Of a stretch of 64,000 nt of DNA, positions 31,003 through 41,079 are shown piece by piece. Below the pieces are notes generated by a model. The model was not told where the DNA came from and ran no database searches. It saw nothing but the letters and a program-made list of their open reading frames with translations. Each line of letters begins with the position of its first letter. The first letter of the stretch is position 1. A program made the translations under genes and the position numbers. Source of the DNA: Candidatus Bathyarchaeum tardum (lineage in GTDB: Archaea; Thermoproteota; Bathyarchaeia; Bathyarchaeales; Bathyarchaeaceae); NCBI GenBank assembly GCA_024650005.2, contig CP122380.1, positions 1,504,001 through 1,568,000 on the forward strand. Reading direction: 5' to 3'.

Positions 31003-31704
31003 TCACCATGGTACAACGTAATCAGCAACAGTTATGTCCCAATCCGTCAGTACTTCACCAGCATAAAAGACGTTTTCGTGCACCAAAGAATTAGAACCTG
31101 CAGGGATATAACCAACCTCTATGAAAGTTTGGTTAGCGACCACGTCTCCTTGATAGAGAGTAACATTCAGTCTAACATTAGCAACATCTTTAATTCCTAT
31201 GTTTCGAACCTCACCAGTTATCCATAATCTCGGTGTACCATCAGTTCTAATATCTGTAGCACCAACAAGAAGGATGACCCCAGGATATCTTAAGTCATGT
31301 ATTTCCTCTTCTAATTTAAGTATCCATTCATCTCGTTCACCAATAACTGCAACCTGTGATTTAATGTATTCATCCCGTTCAGCTATAACAGCATCCTGAG
31401 CCTGGATGTATTCCTCACGTTCACCAATAACTGCAACCTGTGATTTAATGTATTCATCCCGTTCAGCTATAACAGCATCCTGAGCCTGGATGTATTCCTC
31501 ACGTTCACCAATAACTGCAACCTGTGATTTAATGTATTCATCCCGTTCAGCTATCAACATGTCCCTTTCATTTACTGCATTTTGTAGAGAAGTTATCTCT
31601 GAAGTATAGATGAACGCCATCCCAGATGCTGCAACCGAAAGTAGAACAATAATTGCCACCAAAATAATTGAGATTTTTCTGCTGGATTTTTTGTGCTCAT
31701 TCAT
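31003..31704 (-). CDS. membrane-anchored coiled-coil repeat protein with FxLYD-like Ig domain
   Basis: TM helix, 28-aa repeats, LWITGEVRNIG..VTLY; GAGGTGA RBS. Confidence 0.75.
   Translation of the reverse strand: MNEHKKSSRKISIILVAIIVLLSVAASGMAFIYTSEITSLQNAVNERDMLIAERDEYIKSQVAVIGEREEYIQAQDAVIAERDEYIKSQVAVIGEREEYIQAQDAVIAERDEYIKSQVAVIGERDEWILKLEEEIHDLRYPGVILLVGATDIRTDGTPRLWITGEVRNIGIKDVANVRLNVTLYQGDVVANQTFIEVGYIPAGSNSLVHENVFYAGEVLTDWDITVADYVVPW
31334..31555. repeat. 84-bp tandem repeat, about 2.6 identical copies
   Basis: cgttcaccaataactgc starts at 31334, 31418 and 31502. Confidence 0.95.
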
Positions 31705-31904
31705 TCAGTTTTTTCACCTCCATTTTTTTGACTACAGTCTTTAGAATGGAGAGCAACTCCTCAAGTTCGACGCGATGCTGAGCCATCTCCAGATGCAGAC
31801 CGTTAAGCTGACTTTTCAGGTCAAGGTTTTCCTCTCAGTTTATCGATATCTTTTTAGCGTATTCATGGCTTTAGGCGAAACTGACGGATTAAAGTTTAGG
31901 TAAT

Positions 31905-32560
31905 TTAGTATACTTCAGGGCACCTTTCTCTAATCTCCAGTTCCAATGTTTGAAGGTAAACATGATTACTCATTGTAATGACTTTTCCCAACACATACTT
32001 TCTGAAACTCATTAAATCATGAACGAATAGACCAGACATACCCATTTTCTGATGTTTTAGAATTGGGGTTTTCATGTAAGTTTGATGTTCGCTTTCTTCA
32101 CTAAGCTCCTCATGGTGTAGTGGATACCACTTAAGGTTGAGTCGAAAATATCTGACACTACGTTTAGCCATTAAAAGTAGAGTTAATTGTTCAGAATTCC
32201 CTTTCTCTTGCATATATATCCTCAGAGAGTTTAAGCCATTTGTCACACCATTCAGTAGCTAGAGGATTTAAGATTCCAAGTTAGGCTGCCCTGTCTTTTT
32301 GGCGAATGCCCTTTAAGTAAACATGCTTTTCTCCCTTTTTCTTTTGATTGTTCTTTCAGTTTACGAAGAGTCTCCTGTTTGAAGTTAACAAACGCGGATA
32401 TTTCCCAAACTAATTAACATGCTAAAGTCAATATTGCTTTGTCTCTTGTGTCTGTACCTCAAACATTTTGCGTAAGTTTCCGTTGTGAAATTTGCTACAG
32501 CAGCTAATCTTCGCAGAAAAGTGTTGTTAGAAAGGCTCATGTCCTCATTCTGATAACGTA
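31905..32560 (-). pseudogene. decayed tyrosine recombinase/integrase
   Basis: broken frames read DTRDKAILTLAC*LVWEISAF..., LGILNPLATEWCDKWL..., KYVLGK...YLQTL. Confidence 0.55.
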
Positions 32561-32620
32561 GAGTTAAGGTTCTTGCATCTCTAGGTGCATTTTAACAATT
32601 TACAAAGAAAAAATATTCAG

Positions 32621-32920
32621 TTACAGGACAAGGTCTTTTTTAATTTTAAATTCTGAGAAGTCTCCAACATATTTTCCCCAACGGACGTCAGTTCGTAAAA
32701 TATGAGCTCCTGAAGGTCCAACGCGACAAAAATCAATCATTTTTTCTACGTTTTCTTTTTTTCCTTCAAATATTGCTTCTACTCGACCGTCAGACACGTT
32801 TCTGACCCAGCCAATAACATTTTGTTTAATTGCCTCTGAACGTGTGGAGGCTCTAAAAAATACGCCTTGGACTTTGCCTGTAACAAAAATGTGAGCCCTA
32901 ATGTTCATGTTTTTCATCAA
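32621..32920 (-). CDS. acyP: acylphosphatase
   Basis: GKVQGVFFR, GWVRN..DGRVEA. Confidence 0.95.
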   Translation of the reverse strand: MMKNMNIRAHIFVTGKVQGVFFRASTRSEAIKQNVIGWVRNVSDGRVEAIFEGKKENVEKMIDFCRVGPSGAHILRTDVRWGKYVGDFSEFKIKKDLVL

Positions 32921-32982
32921 CTGTGTTGTGAAGAAAATAGACTAACCCAAAGAATAGAAAATAGTGAATCATTCACGTTTAG

Positions 32983-33312
32983 TTATGTTACTTTTTTGAA
33001 GTGCATAGTTTGCCCAAACAGTTCTAGTTCGTAGAGTTGGTTTACGTCAAACTGGATGCCTAGTTGTTCATATTCGGTTTCTGTTAGGAATAAAATCATT
33101 TTAGGAACAGAGAACTGGCTTGTTTGGTTAGCAATCATTGGAAGTTGTTGTTGCAGGCTTTTCATTACTTCTTGAACCATACGGGCTTCTTCGGTTGCAG
33201 GTCTGACAGCAAAACGGGGGATAACTCGTTCTTCAATTAGTTCTATGCGTTTACCTAGGTTGCCTTCAGGGTCTTTTGTTGATTCGATTTTTTGAACCCG
33301 GACACGTGTCAT
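32983..33312 (-). CDS. arcadin-1-like protein
   Basis: pattern DPEG..KRIELIEE...PKMILFLTETEYE.LG...DV resembles arcadin-1 as recalled. Confidence 0.72.
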   Translation of the reverse strand: MTRVRVQKIESTKDPEGNLGKRIELIEERVIPRFAVRPATEEARMVQEVMKSLQQQLPMIANQTSQFSVPKMILFLTETEYEQLGIQFDVNQLYELELFGQTMHFKKVT

Positions 33313-33384
33313 AGTATATCACTTCAGCTAATCAAGGAACCGCGACGCCTTTATACATTTCTTTTCAGTTTTTGACCATGGAAA

Positions 33385-33840
33385 TTAAAGGTAGATTCCA
33401 CCTTCTGACAGTAATTGGTTAGTCATATTTTTTGTTATATACATACCCATTTGAGGCATTCGTTGTTTTCCAATAATTTGTAGCAGAACTTTAATTGGAA
33501 CAGGGTTTGGCAATGTTTTCAAGTTTGTGAATCTAACAAAGGTAGCTGTTTTTCGACCCTGTAAAAAGTCAGTGTATTCATCATATGATTTTAACAGGGA
33601 TTCGCGTCCAAGAGATTCCCATAGGTCTTTAGAGTATCCATGCACATTTTCAACAAAATCAGCATAGCCTTGTATTTGTTTTGTTGGATGAGTCACATAA
33701 AAAAACAATTGTTCAGTGCTTTTTGGCCCCACAACGCCACGGCGAACAAAGGCGTGGTTCTTTTTTCCAGCTTCATTTTGTTTGCAGAGCCGGTCCCAAA
33801 ATTTTTCTAGATTCAATACGATGAAAGCGTATTTTTGCAA
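33385..33840 (-). CDS. PUA/EVE/ASCH-like domain protein
   Basis: LFFYVTHPTKQIQGYA...LWE...FVRFTNLKTLPNPV. Confidence 0.6.
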   Translation of the reverse strand: MQKYAFIVLNLEKFWDRLCKQNEAGKKNHAFVRRGVVGPKSTEQLFFYVTHPTKQIQGYADFVENVHGYSKDLWESLGRESLLKSYDEYTDFLQGRKTATFVRFTNLKTLPNPVPIKVLLQIIGKQRMPQMGMYITKNMTNQLLSEGGIYL

Positions 33841-34167
33841 CCTTCTTCACGTCCATTCTGCATTCATTGTTTATTATTTACTTTGTTTTAACTTATAAAT
33901 TAAACTTATAAAACGGAATAGATAATTAATTTAAGTGTAACATGATGATGGTACTGCTAGCAAATACTGAAACAGATATATTATATGTAAGCACAAAGAA
34001 GAAAGGTAAAGAACAAACAAAACTGAAGATCAAAGGATTGCATTGGTATGAAATGTCCAAGATGCGAAACTGAAATGACCACACGAAAACTAAAGGGAAA
34101 AAAACAAGTTTTTTTTTCGTGCCCAAAATGCCATTATAATCGCACATCAAGAACATAAAATGTCTTG

Positions 34168-35010
34168 TTACTCTGTTTGTTGTTCATCAGTTGGGTTTTG
34201 TCCAGTTAAAAATTCTCTGCGCATCAATGCAGGAACAGGCGGCAGTATAGAATTTTTCTTGAATTCTTTTTGGATCATCTCAGCAATAGTTGACTTAATG
34301 AATTCTTCATTTGAAGGGTCATTTATCCAAAACAGGACTTCAATTTCATTAGTCCATTCTTTGTTACGGAAAATAAATCGAATTTCTCGTTTCCGTTTCA
34401 GGTCAAAGACAACTGATTTATTGCTTTTGAGAATTTTTTCAATTATTGATTTTGCTTTTTCAGCATCTACAGTGTAATCAGTTGCAAAAAACAAAGATGC
34501 TACAGATTCAGATGCACCGCTTGTAAGGTTAATGATTTTTTCTTTCATCAACACCGAGTTTGGAATAATTATTTCGTTTCGGTCATAAGTTTTTAGTTTG
34601 GTTGTCCGAAGGGCAATATCTGTAACAGTTCCAGTTAAGTTTCCAATTCGTATTACGTCCCCTATGGAATAGGTTTTTCCAGAGATTATTAAAATGCCAG
34701 AAACCCAGTTTTGAATTATGTCTTGCAAACCAAAACCTATTATCAGTGCACCTACTCCGAGACCTGCTATTGCTGCAGTGATGTCTTGGTTTAACAATGA
34801 AAGAATAACCATCAAAGCAACAAGATAGATGACTATTTGGAAGAACCGTTTCATATGAACAAGGGTTCCTTTTTGCAGGTCGCCTCTGTTTTCTAGACGG
34901 TTAATTAGTTTATTGAAAATAGTAATAATCAGAAATGCGCCAATTATGGTTGCAATTACCTGCAATACCAGAACAGGGTGGTCAAATAAATTTTGTATAA
35001 CGTCAACCAT
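34168..35010 (-). CDS. mscS: small-conductance mechanosensitive channel MscS
   Basis: GFGLQDIIQNWVSG, GDVIRIG, IIIPNS. Confidence 0.92.
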   Translation of the reverse strand: MVDVIQNLFDHPVLVLQVIATIIGAFLIITIFNKLINRLENRGDLQKGTLVHMKRFFQIVIYLVALMVILSLLNQDITAAIAGLGVGALIIGFGLQDIIQNWVSGILIISGKTYSIGDVIRIGNLTGTVTDIALRTTKLKTYDRNEIIIPNSVLMKEKIINLTSGASESVASLFFATDYTVDAEKAKSIIEKILKSNKSVVFDLKRKREIRFIFRNKEWTNEIEVLFWINDPSNEEFIKSTIAEMIQKEFKKNSILPPVPALMRREFLTGQNPTDEQQTE

Positions 35011-35104
35011 GAGCCATTCCTTAACATATTTTATGAAGGTGGTGTTTCTTTTTTAGGTTTTCTAACATTCAATTGCTTGGTTGTTTTAAATCAACCGGTT
35101 TGGT

Positions 35105-36058
35105 TTAGAAAATTACCACTGAGACACCTATTTGTTGCAAAATGAACACCACATAGATTAAACAAAGGAAGATTGCAGATTTTTTTGTTATGCGTTCATT
35201 TGAGCTTATCATGTACCAGACGCTTAAGGATGAAATTAGGACATAAAACATTATGCTCTGTACTGCAACTACGTTAACTTCAGAGACAGACAGCAATGAA
35301 GTAACACCAAGAATAAGGGTAATATTAGTGATGCAGCTTCCAAGCAAATTTCCAAGAGCCATATTATAAAGTCCTTGCTTGAGAGCTTGGATTGTAGTTG
35401 CAAGTTCAGGCAATGAAGTTCCAAGACCAATTATTGTTGCGCCAATAATAGAGGTAGGTAAACCTATGAAACCTGCAATGTCAATAGAGCTTTCTACAGC
35501 AAAGTCGGATAAAAATATTACAAGTCCAATTCCGATCAAAAATTTTACGACCACAAAAGCTAGGTTTTCATTTTTTTGTTGTAAAGGTTCTTCTTTAGGG
35601 GTAGTTTGTGTTTTGCGGGAAACTGTGACACCAAAATATATGAACATTATCAGAAGTATGATGCCTAAAACGGGTCCAAGGGTGCCTTGTTGAACAATAA
35701 ACAGTGGAATGATTGAAGTTAAGAAAAGAAATTGTACAAGTTCTTTTTGGGATTGTCCACCGATTTTGATGTTTTTTCTGCTGAACAGAATTGCCAATCC
35801 AAGGATTATTGTAAGGTTTGCGATGTTTGAACCCAGAACGTTACCAACTGAAAGGTCACCTTCTCCAGCGAGAGATGCAACCGTAGACATTGAAAGTTCG
35901 GGCAAGGACGTTATGATAGAAAGAAGAACAAATCCTGCTGCCATTTCAGATAGCCCAACGGCTCGGGATAAAACTAGAACGTATCTGATGAGTCTGTCGC
36001 TGATTAGCATGATTAGAATCAAAGAAGCAGCTAAGATCGGCAAACTGTAAAGTATCAT
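35105..36058 (-). CDS. Ca2+/Na+ antiporter (CaCA, YrbG-like)
   Basis: two TSLPEL alpha repeats, GNVLGSNIAN. Confidence 0.9.
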   Translation of the reverse strand: MILYSLPILAASLILIMLISDRLIRYVLVLSRAVGLSEMAAGFVLLSIITSLPELSMSTVASLAGEGDLSVGNVLGSNIANLTIILGLAILFSRKNIKIGGQSQKELVQFLFLTSIIPLFIVQQGTLGPVLGIILLIMFIYFGVTVSRKTQTTPKEEPLQQKNENLAFVVVKFLIGIGLVIFLSDFAVESSIDIAGFIGLPTSIIGATIIGLGTSLPELATTIQALKQGLYNMALGNLLGSCITNITLILGVTSLLSVSEVNVVAVQSIMFYVLISSLSVWYMISSNERITKKSAIFLCLIYVVFILQQIGVSVVIF

Positions 36059-36229
36059 TTAAGGCACCTCAAGGGCATTATTGGTAATATAAAAGCAAAA
36101 TGTAAAAGTGAAGCTTTTAAACATTCTAGTTCAATAAACAGTATCGGTAAATTACTTTAACATAATTGATAAAATTTTTTTAATGCACAAGAAAAGCAGA
36201 TCAAAGAAAACAGTATATAATTATCGTTT

Positions 36230-36982
36230 TTATTTTTCCGCTAAGAGATAATTCAATAGTTGTTTAGCGTCTGTTGGGGGATAGCCTGAATAGTACTTGC
36301 TAAAGTAGCCAAAAATTACTGTTTTATTGGAGAGTTGCTGGATTTTTTTCCCCCATTTTTGTGTATCCTCTGTTCTTTCTTTTTCCACTTTACCTAAGGT
36401 TCCTTTGATTTGCATTCGGTTTCCTTCCCATCTGAAATAGGTAAAGTCAGTTGTAACCATATTTAGCTTATTTATCCATGGACTATCACCTAATACTAAT
36501 GCAATTTTGTTTTGTTCTAATAAGCTGTAAAATTTTTCATTGTACCAACTTTTGTTTCGTATTTCAAATGCATATCTGAATCTTTTTGAGAGAACAGATG
36601 TAAAATCTGTTAACGCACCAAAATTTGCTGACGTGAAACTGGGAGGAAATTGGAACAAAACGGGTCCGAGTTTTGTTCCGAAATTGGATATGGTGCTTAA
36701 AAAAAAGTCCAAGTAATCAGGGTTATCTTTTGCTAATTTTTGGTGAGATATTTTTTTGGGGGCTTTGATAGAAAATATGAAATCAGGTTTTGTTTGTTTC
36801 ATCCATTTTTTTATTGTTTCAATTGTAGGTATACGATAAAATGTGCTGTTCACTTCAACTGTGTTGAAATGTTGACAATATTCTTGAAGGAAGTTTTCAG
36901 GTTTCGCAGAAGAAGAGTAAAGCTGGTTTTTCCAAAAATCGTAGCTCCAGCCCATTGTTCCAATGTGAATTTTTTTATTCAT
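36230..36982 (-). CDS. DUF72 family protein
   Basis: IGTMGWSY, TVEVNSTFYRIP, LFQFPPSF. Confidence 0.92.
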   Translation of the reverse strand: MNKKIHIGTMGWSYDFWKNQLYSSSAKPENFLQEYCQHFNTVEVNSTFYRIPTIETIKKWMKQTKPDFIFSIKAPKKISHQKLAKDNPDYLDFFLSTISNFGTKLGPVLFQFPPSFTSANFGALTDFTSVLSKRFRYAFEIRNKSWYNEKFYSLLEQNKIALVLGDSPWINKLNMVTTDFTYFRWEGNRMQIKGTLGKVEKERTEDTQKWGKKIQQLSNKTVIFGYFSKYYSGYPPTDAKQLLNYLLAEK

Positions 36983-38375
36983 TGTTGTCCCTAACTTTCA
37001 TAAGCAGCCAGTTGTTTTCTCCACCTTTCTTGAAGCGCACAAGAACATAAGTTCCAGTAAGTTTTTTTCCGTAGGGATTGAATTCGATCTTGTTTTCTTC
37101 CCAAAGTTTTATTCTATAGCTTCCTTTATCCCAGATTTTGACTTCTCCTGCTCCGTATTGACCTTCAGGTATTGTACCTTGGAATTCTGCATATTCCAAA
37201 GGGTGATCTTCAGTTTTTATTGCTAGCCTTTTTATTCCGCTTTTTTGGGGAATTCCTTTAGGTACCGCCCAACTTTTTAGCACACCATCTTTTTCGAGCC
37301 TAAGGTCATAATGTAAATGGCTAGCATTATGTTCCTGAACTACAAAGATTTGAGTGCCCCCACTATTAGTGGAACCTTTTGGTTCGGGGGTTAGGGTAAA
37401 GTTTCTTTTTTTGATATATTCCCCTAGTTTAACTGGTTTTATTTGCTCCAATTTACAATCTAAAGGTTTTTTATCCGACCGTAATTTGATGAATCTAGGC
37501 ATTCGCAACTTCCCATCTGAAGTAACTGTTTGGTAACCAATTTTGCAAACAAGAATCGGTTCAACCCATCGAATCTTATCTGACAGGTTGACAGAAGGTA
37601 ACGTTTTTTGGTCAACTCGTAGGGTTTGAAGTTCTTGGCTTAATGTGTTCAGTGTTTTTTGGTTGAATCCAGTTCCGACTTTACCGATATAAACAGGGTT
37701 GTTTCCGTCGTATAATCCTAAAATTAGGGCTCCAAAACTATTTTTTCTGTTTCCCATTCCCGGGGTAAAACCAAAAATTACACAATCACACTCTTTGACA
37801 GGTTTAATTTTAAGCCAGTTACTGCTTCTTTTTCCCGGTTCATATATGCTGTTTTTTTGCTTTGCCATTACACCTTCTAAACCTTTTCTAAGTGTTGCCT
37901 GATAGTAATCAGCTCCTTTTTCTTCTACAAAAACTGAAAGAATGACGTTTTTTCCCTCGTTCACATTGTTTTCAAGTATTTTTTTGCGTTCAATTAGAGG
38001 TTTGTTTAGTAATGGGTTGCCATCTTTTTCAAGTATATCAAAAAGGATGTAAAGAACAGGGTGCTTTTTTTGCAGATACTCTATCTCATTTACGGAAGTT
38101 GCTTGGATTCTTTTGAGTAGAGTCTCAAAGTCAACTTTTCCATCGTTCATGAGGACTATTTCTCCGTCTAAAACAACATTATTAGCTAAATTGTTTAGTT
38201 CTTTTAGTTCTGGAAAATTGTTTTTCAGTTCTTTTTGGTTTCGGCTTCTTATACTCAGTGTTCCATCAATGTATGAGATTGCCCTGATGCCATCCCATTT
38301 TAATTCGAATATCCAATCGTTTGAAGAAAAGGGTTCCTCGGCAGTTTTTGCTAACATTGGTTTATATTTTTTCAT
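36975..38375 (-). CDS. ligD: LigD-type ATP-dependent ligase fused to C-terminal 3'-phosphoesterase
   Basis: KWDGIR, EGVMAK, WLKIK, LRMPRF; C-terminal FVVQEHNASHLHYDLRLE..VLKSWAVPKG PE domain. Confidence 0.92.
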   Translation of the reverse strand: MKKYKPMLAKTAEEPFSSNDWIFELKWDGIRAISYIDGTLSIRSRNQKELKNNFPELKELNNLANNVVLDGEIVLMNDGKVDFETLLKRIQATSVNEIEYLQKKHPVLYILFDILEKDGNPLLNKPLIERKKILENNVNEGKNVILSVFVEEKGADYYQATLRKGLEGVMAKQKNSIYEPGKRSSNWLKIKPVKECDCVIFGFTPGMGNRKNSFGALILGLYDGNNPVYIGKVGTGFNQKTLNTLSQELQTLRVDQKTLPSVNLSDKIRWVEPILVCKIGYQTVTSDGKLRMPRFIKLRSDKKPLDCKLEQIKPVKLGEYIKKRNFTLTPEPKGSTNSGGTQIFVVQEHNASHLHYDLRLEKDGVLKSWAVPKGIPQKSGIKRLAIKTEDHPLEYAEFQGTIPEGQYGAGEVKIWDKGSYRIKLWEENKIEFNPYGKKLTGTYVLVRFKKGGENNWLLMKVRDNNE

Positions 38376-39166
38376 TTCTGCTCAATTTTGGTTAAAGTCT
38401 CTCTAAGGGCGACCATCAATTCTTTCGCTTCTTCCCTTTGAGGTTTCTCAGGAACTATGGTCTCTCCTTTCTTCTTCTTTTCAATTAACTTTTCAACTTT
38501 TACTCTAAAACCATCTTCATGTTTGGTTATATCAAATTCTCCGGAAAGATTCTCAATTATCTTTGTGGCAAGTTGAAGTTCTTCTCTAGTCGGCGAGGGA
38601 AGATCGTTCAATTCTTCAACGTCAAGGGGGTTAACTATTTCATTTGCATATCTGAGAATGGTCAAAATTAATGATCCCCTGTAGTCATGGATTATAACAG
38701 GATGTTCTTTGTTTTTCATTGTAAATTTGCCTACTCCTGCCATTCCCATTTTTTGGAATGCTGTTAACATAAGGTTGTAAGCATCTTTGCTTTTGTTTGG
38801 GGCGAGAATGTAAGATTTATCAAAGTAAATGGGATCAATTGAAACAAGATTAACAAATTTGTCGATGCGAATTCTTTCGTCGGATTCCGGCCGTATGGCG
38901 TCAAGTTCTTCTTTGGTGAATATAACAAATTCATTTTTGTTAATTTCGTAGCCTTTTACCACTTCTTCCCATGGAATAACTTTTTGGTCAAGGGCGCACA
39001 CTTTTTGGTATTTCAATGGAGACCCGTCATTTTTGTGAAGATACCTAAACGAGATTGTGTTGTCCCGTATCATGGTGTAAAGTTTAACAGGCACGTTAAC
39101 TAGCCCAATGCTAATTCTTCCACTCCAAATGGAGCGTTTGGGGGGTTCAGCTTTTGTTTTTTCCAT
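38372..39166 (-). CDS. ku: Ku protein (NHEJ end-binding)
   Basis: RSIWSGRISIGLVNVPVKLY, VKGYE, IDPIYFDKSY; likely ATG at 39166, just after the Pol stop. Confidence 0.95.
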   Translation of the reverse strand: MEKTKAEPPKRSIWSGRISIGLVNVPVKLYTMIRDNTISFRYLHKNDGSPLKYQKVCALDQKVIPWEEVVKGYEINKNEFVIFTKEELDAIRPESDERIRIDKFVNLVSIDPIYFDKSYILAPNKSKDAYNLMLTAFQKMGMAGVGKFTMKNKEHPVIIHDYRGSLILTILRYANEIVNPLDVEELNDLPSPTREELQLATKIIENLSGEFDITKHEDGFRVKVEKLIEKKKKGETIVPEKPQREEAKELMVALRETLTKIEQK

Positions 39167-39170
39167 AATG

Positions 39171-40028
39171 TTAAACATCCAATTTTTGTTTATGTTCCCA
39201 AAATCCGTTCCAAGGATTTGTTTTAGTCTCAAGCACTGAAAAAATATTGAATTTTTGGGGCTTTAATCTTTTTGTTACTTGTTCCCAACTTAACGGTGTA
39301 GATACTGGAGCTTTTTTTTCAGCCCTTAAGCTGTATGGACAAATCATTGTTTTTCCTACAGAGTTTTGACTGTAATCTATGTACACTTTACCGGGGTCTT
39401 GTGATTGCGAGAACTCTGACACGATAATTTCATTTTCTTTAGTCAAATATTTTCCGATTTGGTGAACAAACTCTCGGGTCTGTTTGTAACTATATTTTGG
39501 AAGTATTGGCACAATTATATGAAGCCCTTTCTTTCCAGAAGTTTTAGGATACGATTTGAGTGATAAGTTATCTAAAATTTCCTTTAACAGGTTAGCAACT
39601 TTTACTGCATCATTTATGTTAGCTGGCGGTTCAGGGTCAATGTCAAATAAGACCAGATCAGGTTTCTCGTAAGAGTCCGTTTTGGACAAAGGCATGTGAA
39701 GTTCTAAGGCAGCTAAATTAGCCAACCAAAGTAGTGTGTCCAAGTTGTTGCAAACTATGTAGTTAAGGTCTCGTTTTGCAGTTTTTGAATGTTTTTTGTA
39801 AGTCTCTACCCATGAAGGGGTGCCTTTAGGTGCGTTTTTTCCGTAGAAGCCATTTTGGTTTATGCCATTAGGGAACCTAGTTATCACTAATGGTCTGTCT
39901 TTTAAATAATCTAACATCAAAGGGGCAGCTTTGATGTAGTATTCAATAATTTGGCTTTTTTTGATTGCTAAATCAGGGTATAGAATTTTGTTAAGATTAC
40001 TGAAATTGACTTTTGTAAGTGAAGCCAT
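39171..40028 (-). CDS. LigD polymerase/primase (PrimPol) stand-alone domain
   Basis: NLNKILYP, RFPNGI, FDIDP, KTSGKKGLH, YIDYSQN, PYSLRA. Confidence 0.93.
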   Translation of the reverse strand: MASLTKVNFSNLNKILYPDLAIKKSQIIEYYIKAAPLMLDYLKDRPLVITRFPNGINQNGFYGKNAPKGTPSWVETYKKHSKTAKRDLNYIVCNNLDTLLWLANLAALELHMPLSKTDSYEKPDLVLFDIDPEPPANINDAVKVANLLKEILDNLSLKSYPKTSGKKGLHIIVPILPKYSYKQTREFVHQIGKYLTKENEIIVSEFSQSQDPGKVYIDYSQNSVGKTMICPYSLRAEKKAPVSTPLSWEQVTKRLKPQKFNIFSVLETKTNPWNGFWEHKQKLDV

Positions 40029-40342
40029 TGTTCTCTCCTGACAAATTCTTTTGCATTCAAAGGCATGAAAACAATCAATGGTCCATCACAATAGATGGGA
40101 AATCAATTATGTTTTATATGCACTAAAGGGTTTAAGAGTATTTTCGCTATGTCCACCTCTTTTTAAGCCTTAAAGGCCTTAATTTTTTAGGCTTTTCCAG
40201 CATACTAGATTACCCTAGTGAAGGAACAAAAATGAAAACCAAAATGACACGTCAATACAGAATTCACCGAGGTAAACCCTATTAAGGATATAGCTGAATA
40301 TTTAGCAGGTAACATGACGATGCAATGTAAGGTGAAACGTGA

Positions 40343-40492
40343 ATGAAACTGGTAACTGTTCTTCTTCCAGAAGCCTATTTGACGGGACTTGACGAACTAG
40401 TAAGATCAGGGATGTATCCAAGCCGAAGTGCAGCAATCAGAGCTGCAGTAAGAGACATGCTCAAAAAGGAACTCTGGGGCAAACGGGAATAA
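40343..40492 (+). CDS. 49-aa ribbon-helix-helix regulator (CdrS/CopG-like)
   Basis: read by eye: MKLVTVLLPEAYLTGLDELVRSGMYPSRSAAIRAAVRDMLKKELWGKRE; AGGTGA RBS; below ORF-track cutoff. Confidence 0.85.
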   Translation: MKLVTVLLPEAYLTGLDELVRSGMYPSRSAAIRAAVRDMLKKELWGKRE

Positions 40493-40851
40493 TCTAACAA
40501 CATTTTCAGAATAATTTTTTTGTTAGATATTATTTTTTGATAGAAATTGCCTTCATTAGCTTTCTTTGTTTTACGTTGCAACCAAACAAATACTGTTTCA
40601 ACTGTAATTATTACAATGCATGAGGAAGTAGCAAGAGTTTCTTTTACCTAAACAGTTCTTCCTGAACGCATGCATCATCATCTTCCAAGTAAAAATAAAT
40701 TTCCTCGTGGATATTGGAGCCTCTGCCTGCTACCCAGCAAAAAATGAATCCAAAACTATACTATCCCCCACAGGGTAAACTTCAAGCAAAATTTTTTCCC
40801 TAAAAAATCTATTTAAATGAGTTACACACTGAAAATATCTGGTGACCTTTC

Positions 40852-41079
40852 TTGGGGCTTAAACTTCCAAAAACATTGACTGAAGAACTAAGTGACAAGG
40901 AATTAAAACTGTACCTTGCTCTTATGCTTTACAAAGAAAAGAAAACATCAATAAGCCAAGCAGCCAACCTCGCAGGGTTAACCCTTTCTGATTTCATATA
41001 CGAACTAGGCAAACACAAAATCAGCTTTACAAACATAACTGAACAAGACCTTAAAGAAGAGTTAAGGCGAATAAAGTGA
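40852..41079 (+). CDS. UPF0175 family putative antitoxin
   Basis: LYKEKKTSISQAANLAGLTLSDF HTH; overlaps PIN gene. Confidence 0.85.
   Translation: MGLKLPKTLTEELSDKELKLYLALMLYKEKKTSISQAANLAGLTLSDFIYELGKHKISFTNITEQDLKEELRRIK

Noticed and set aside
31334-31555. CRISPR array
   Set aside because: units are fully identical with no spacers and are in-frame coding repeats
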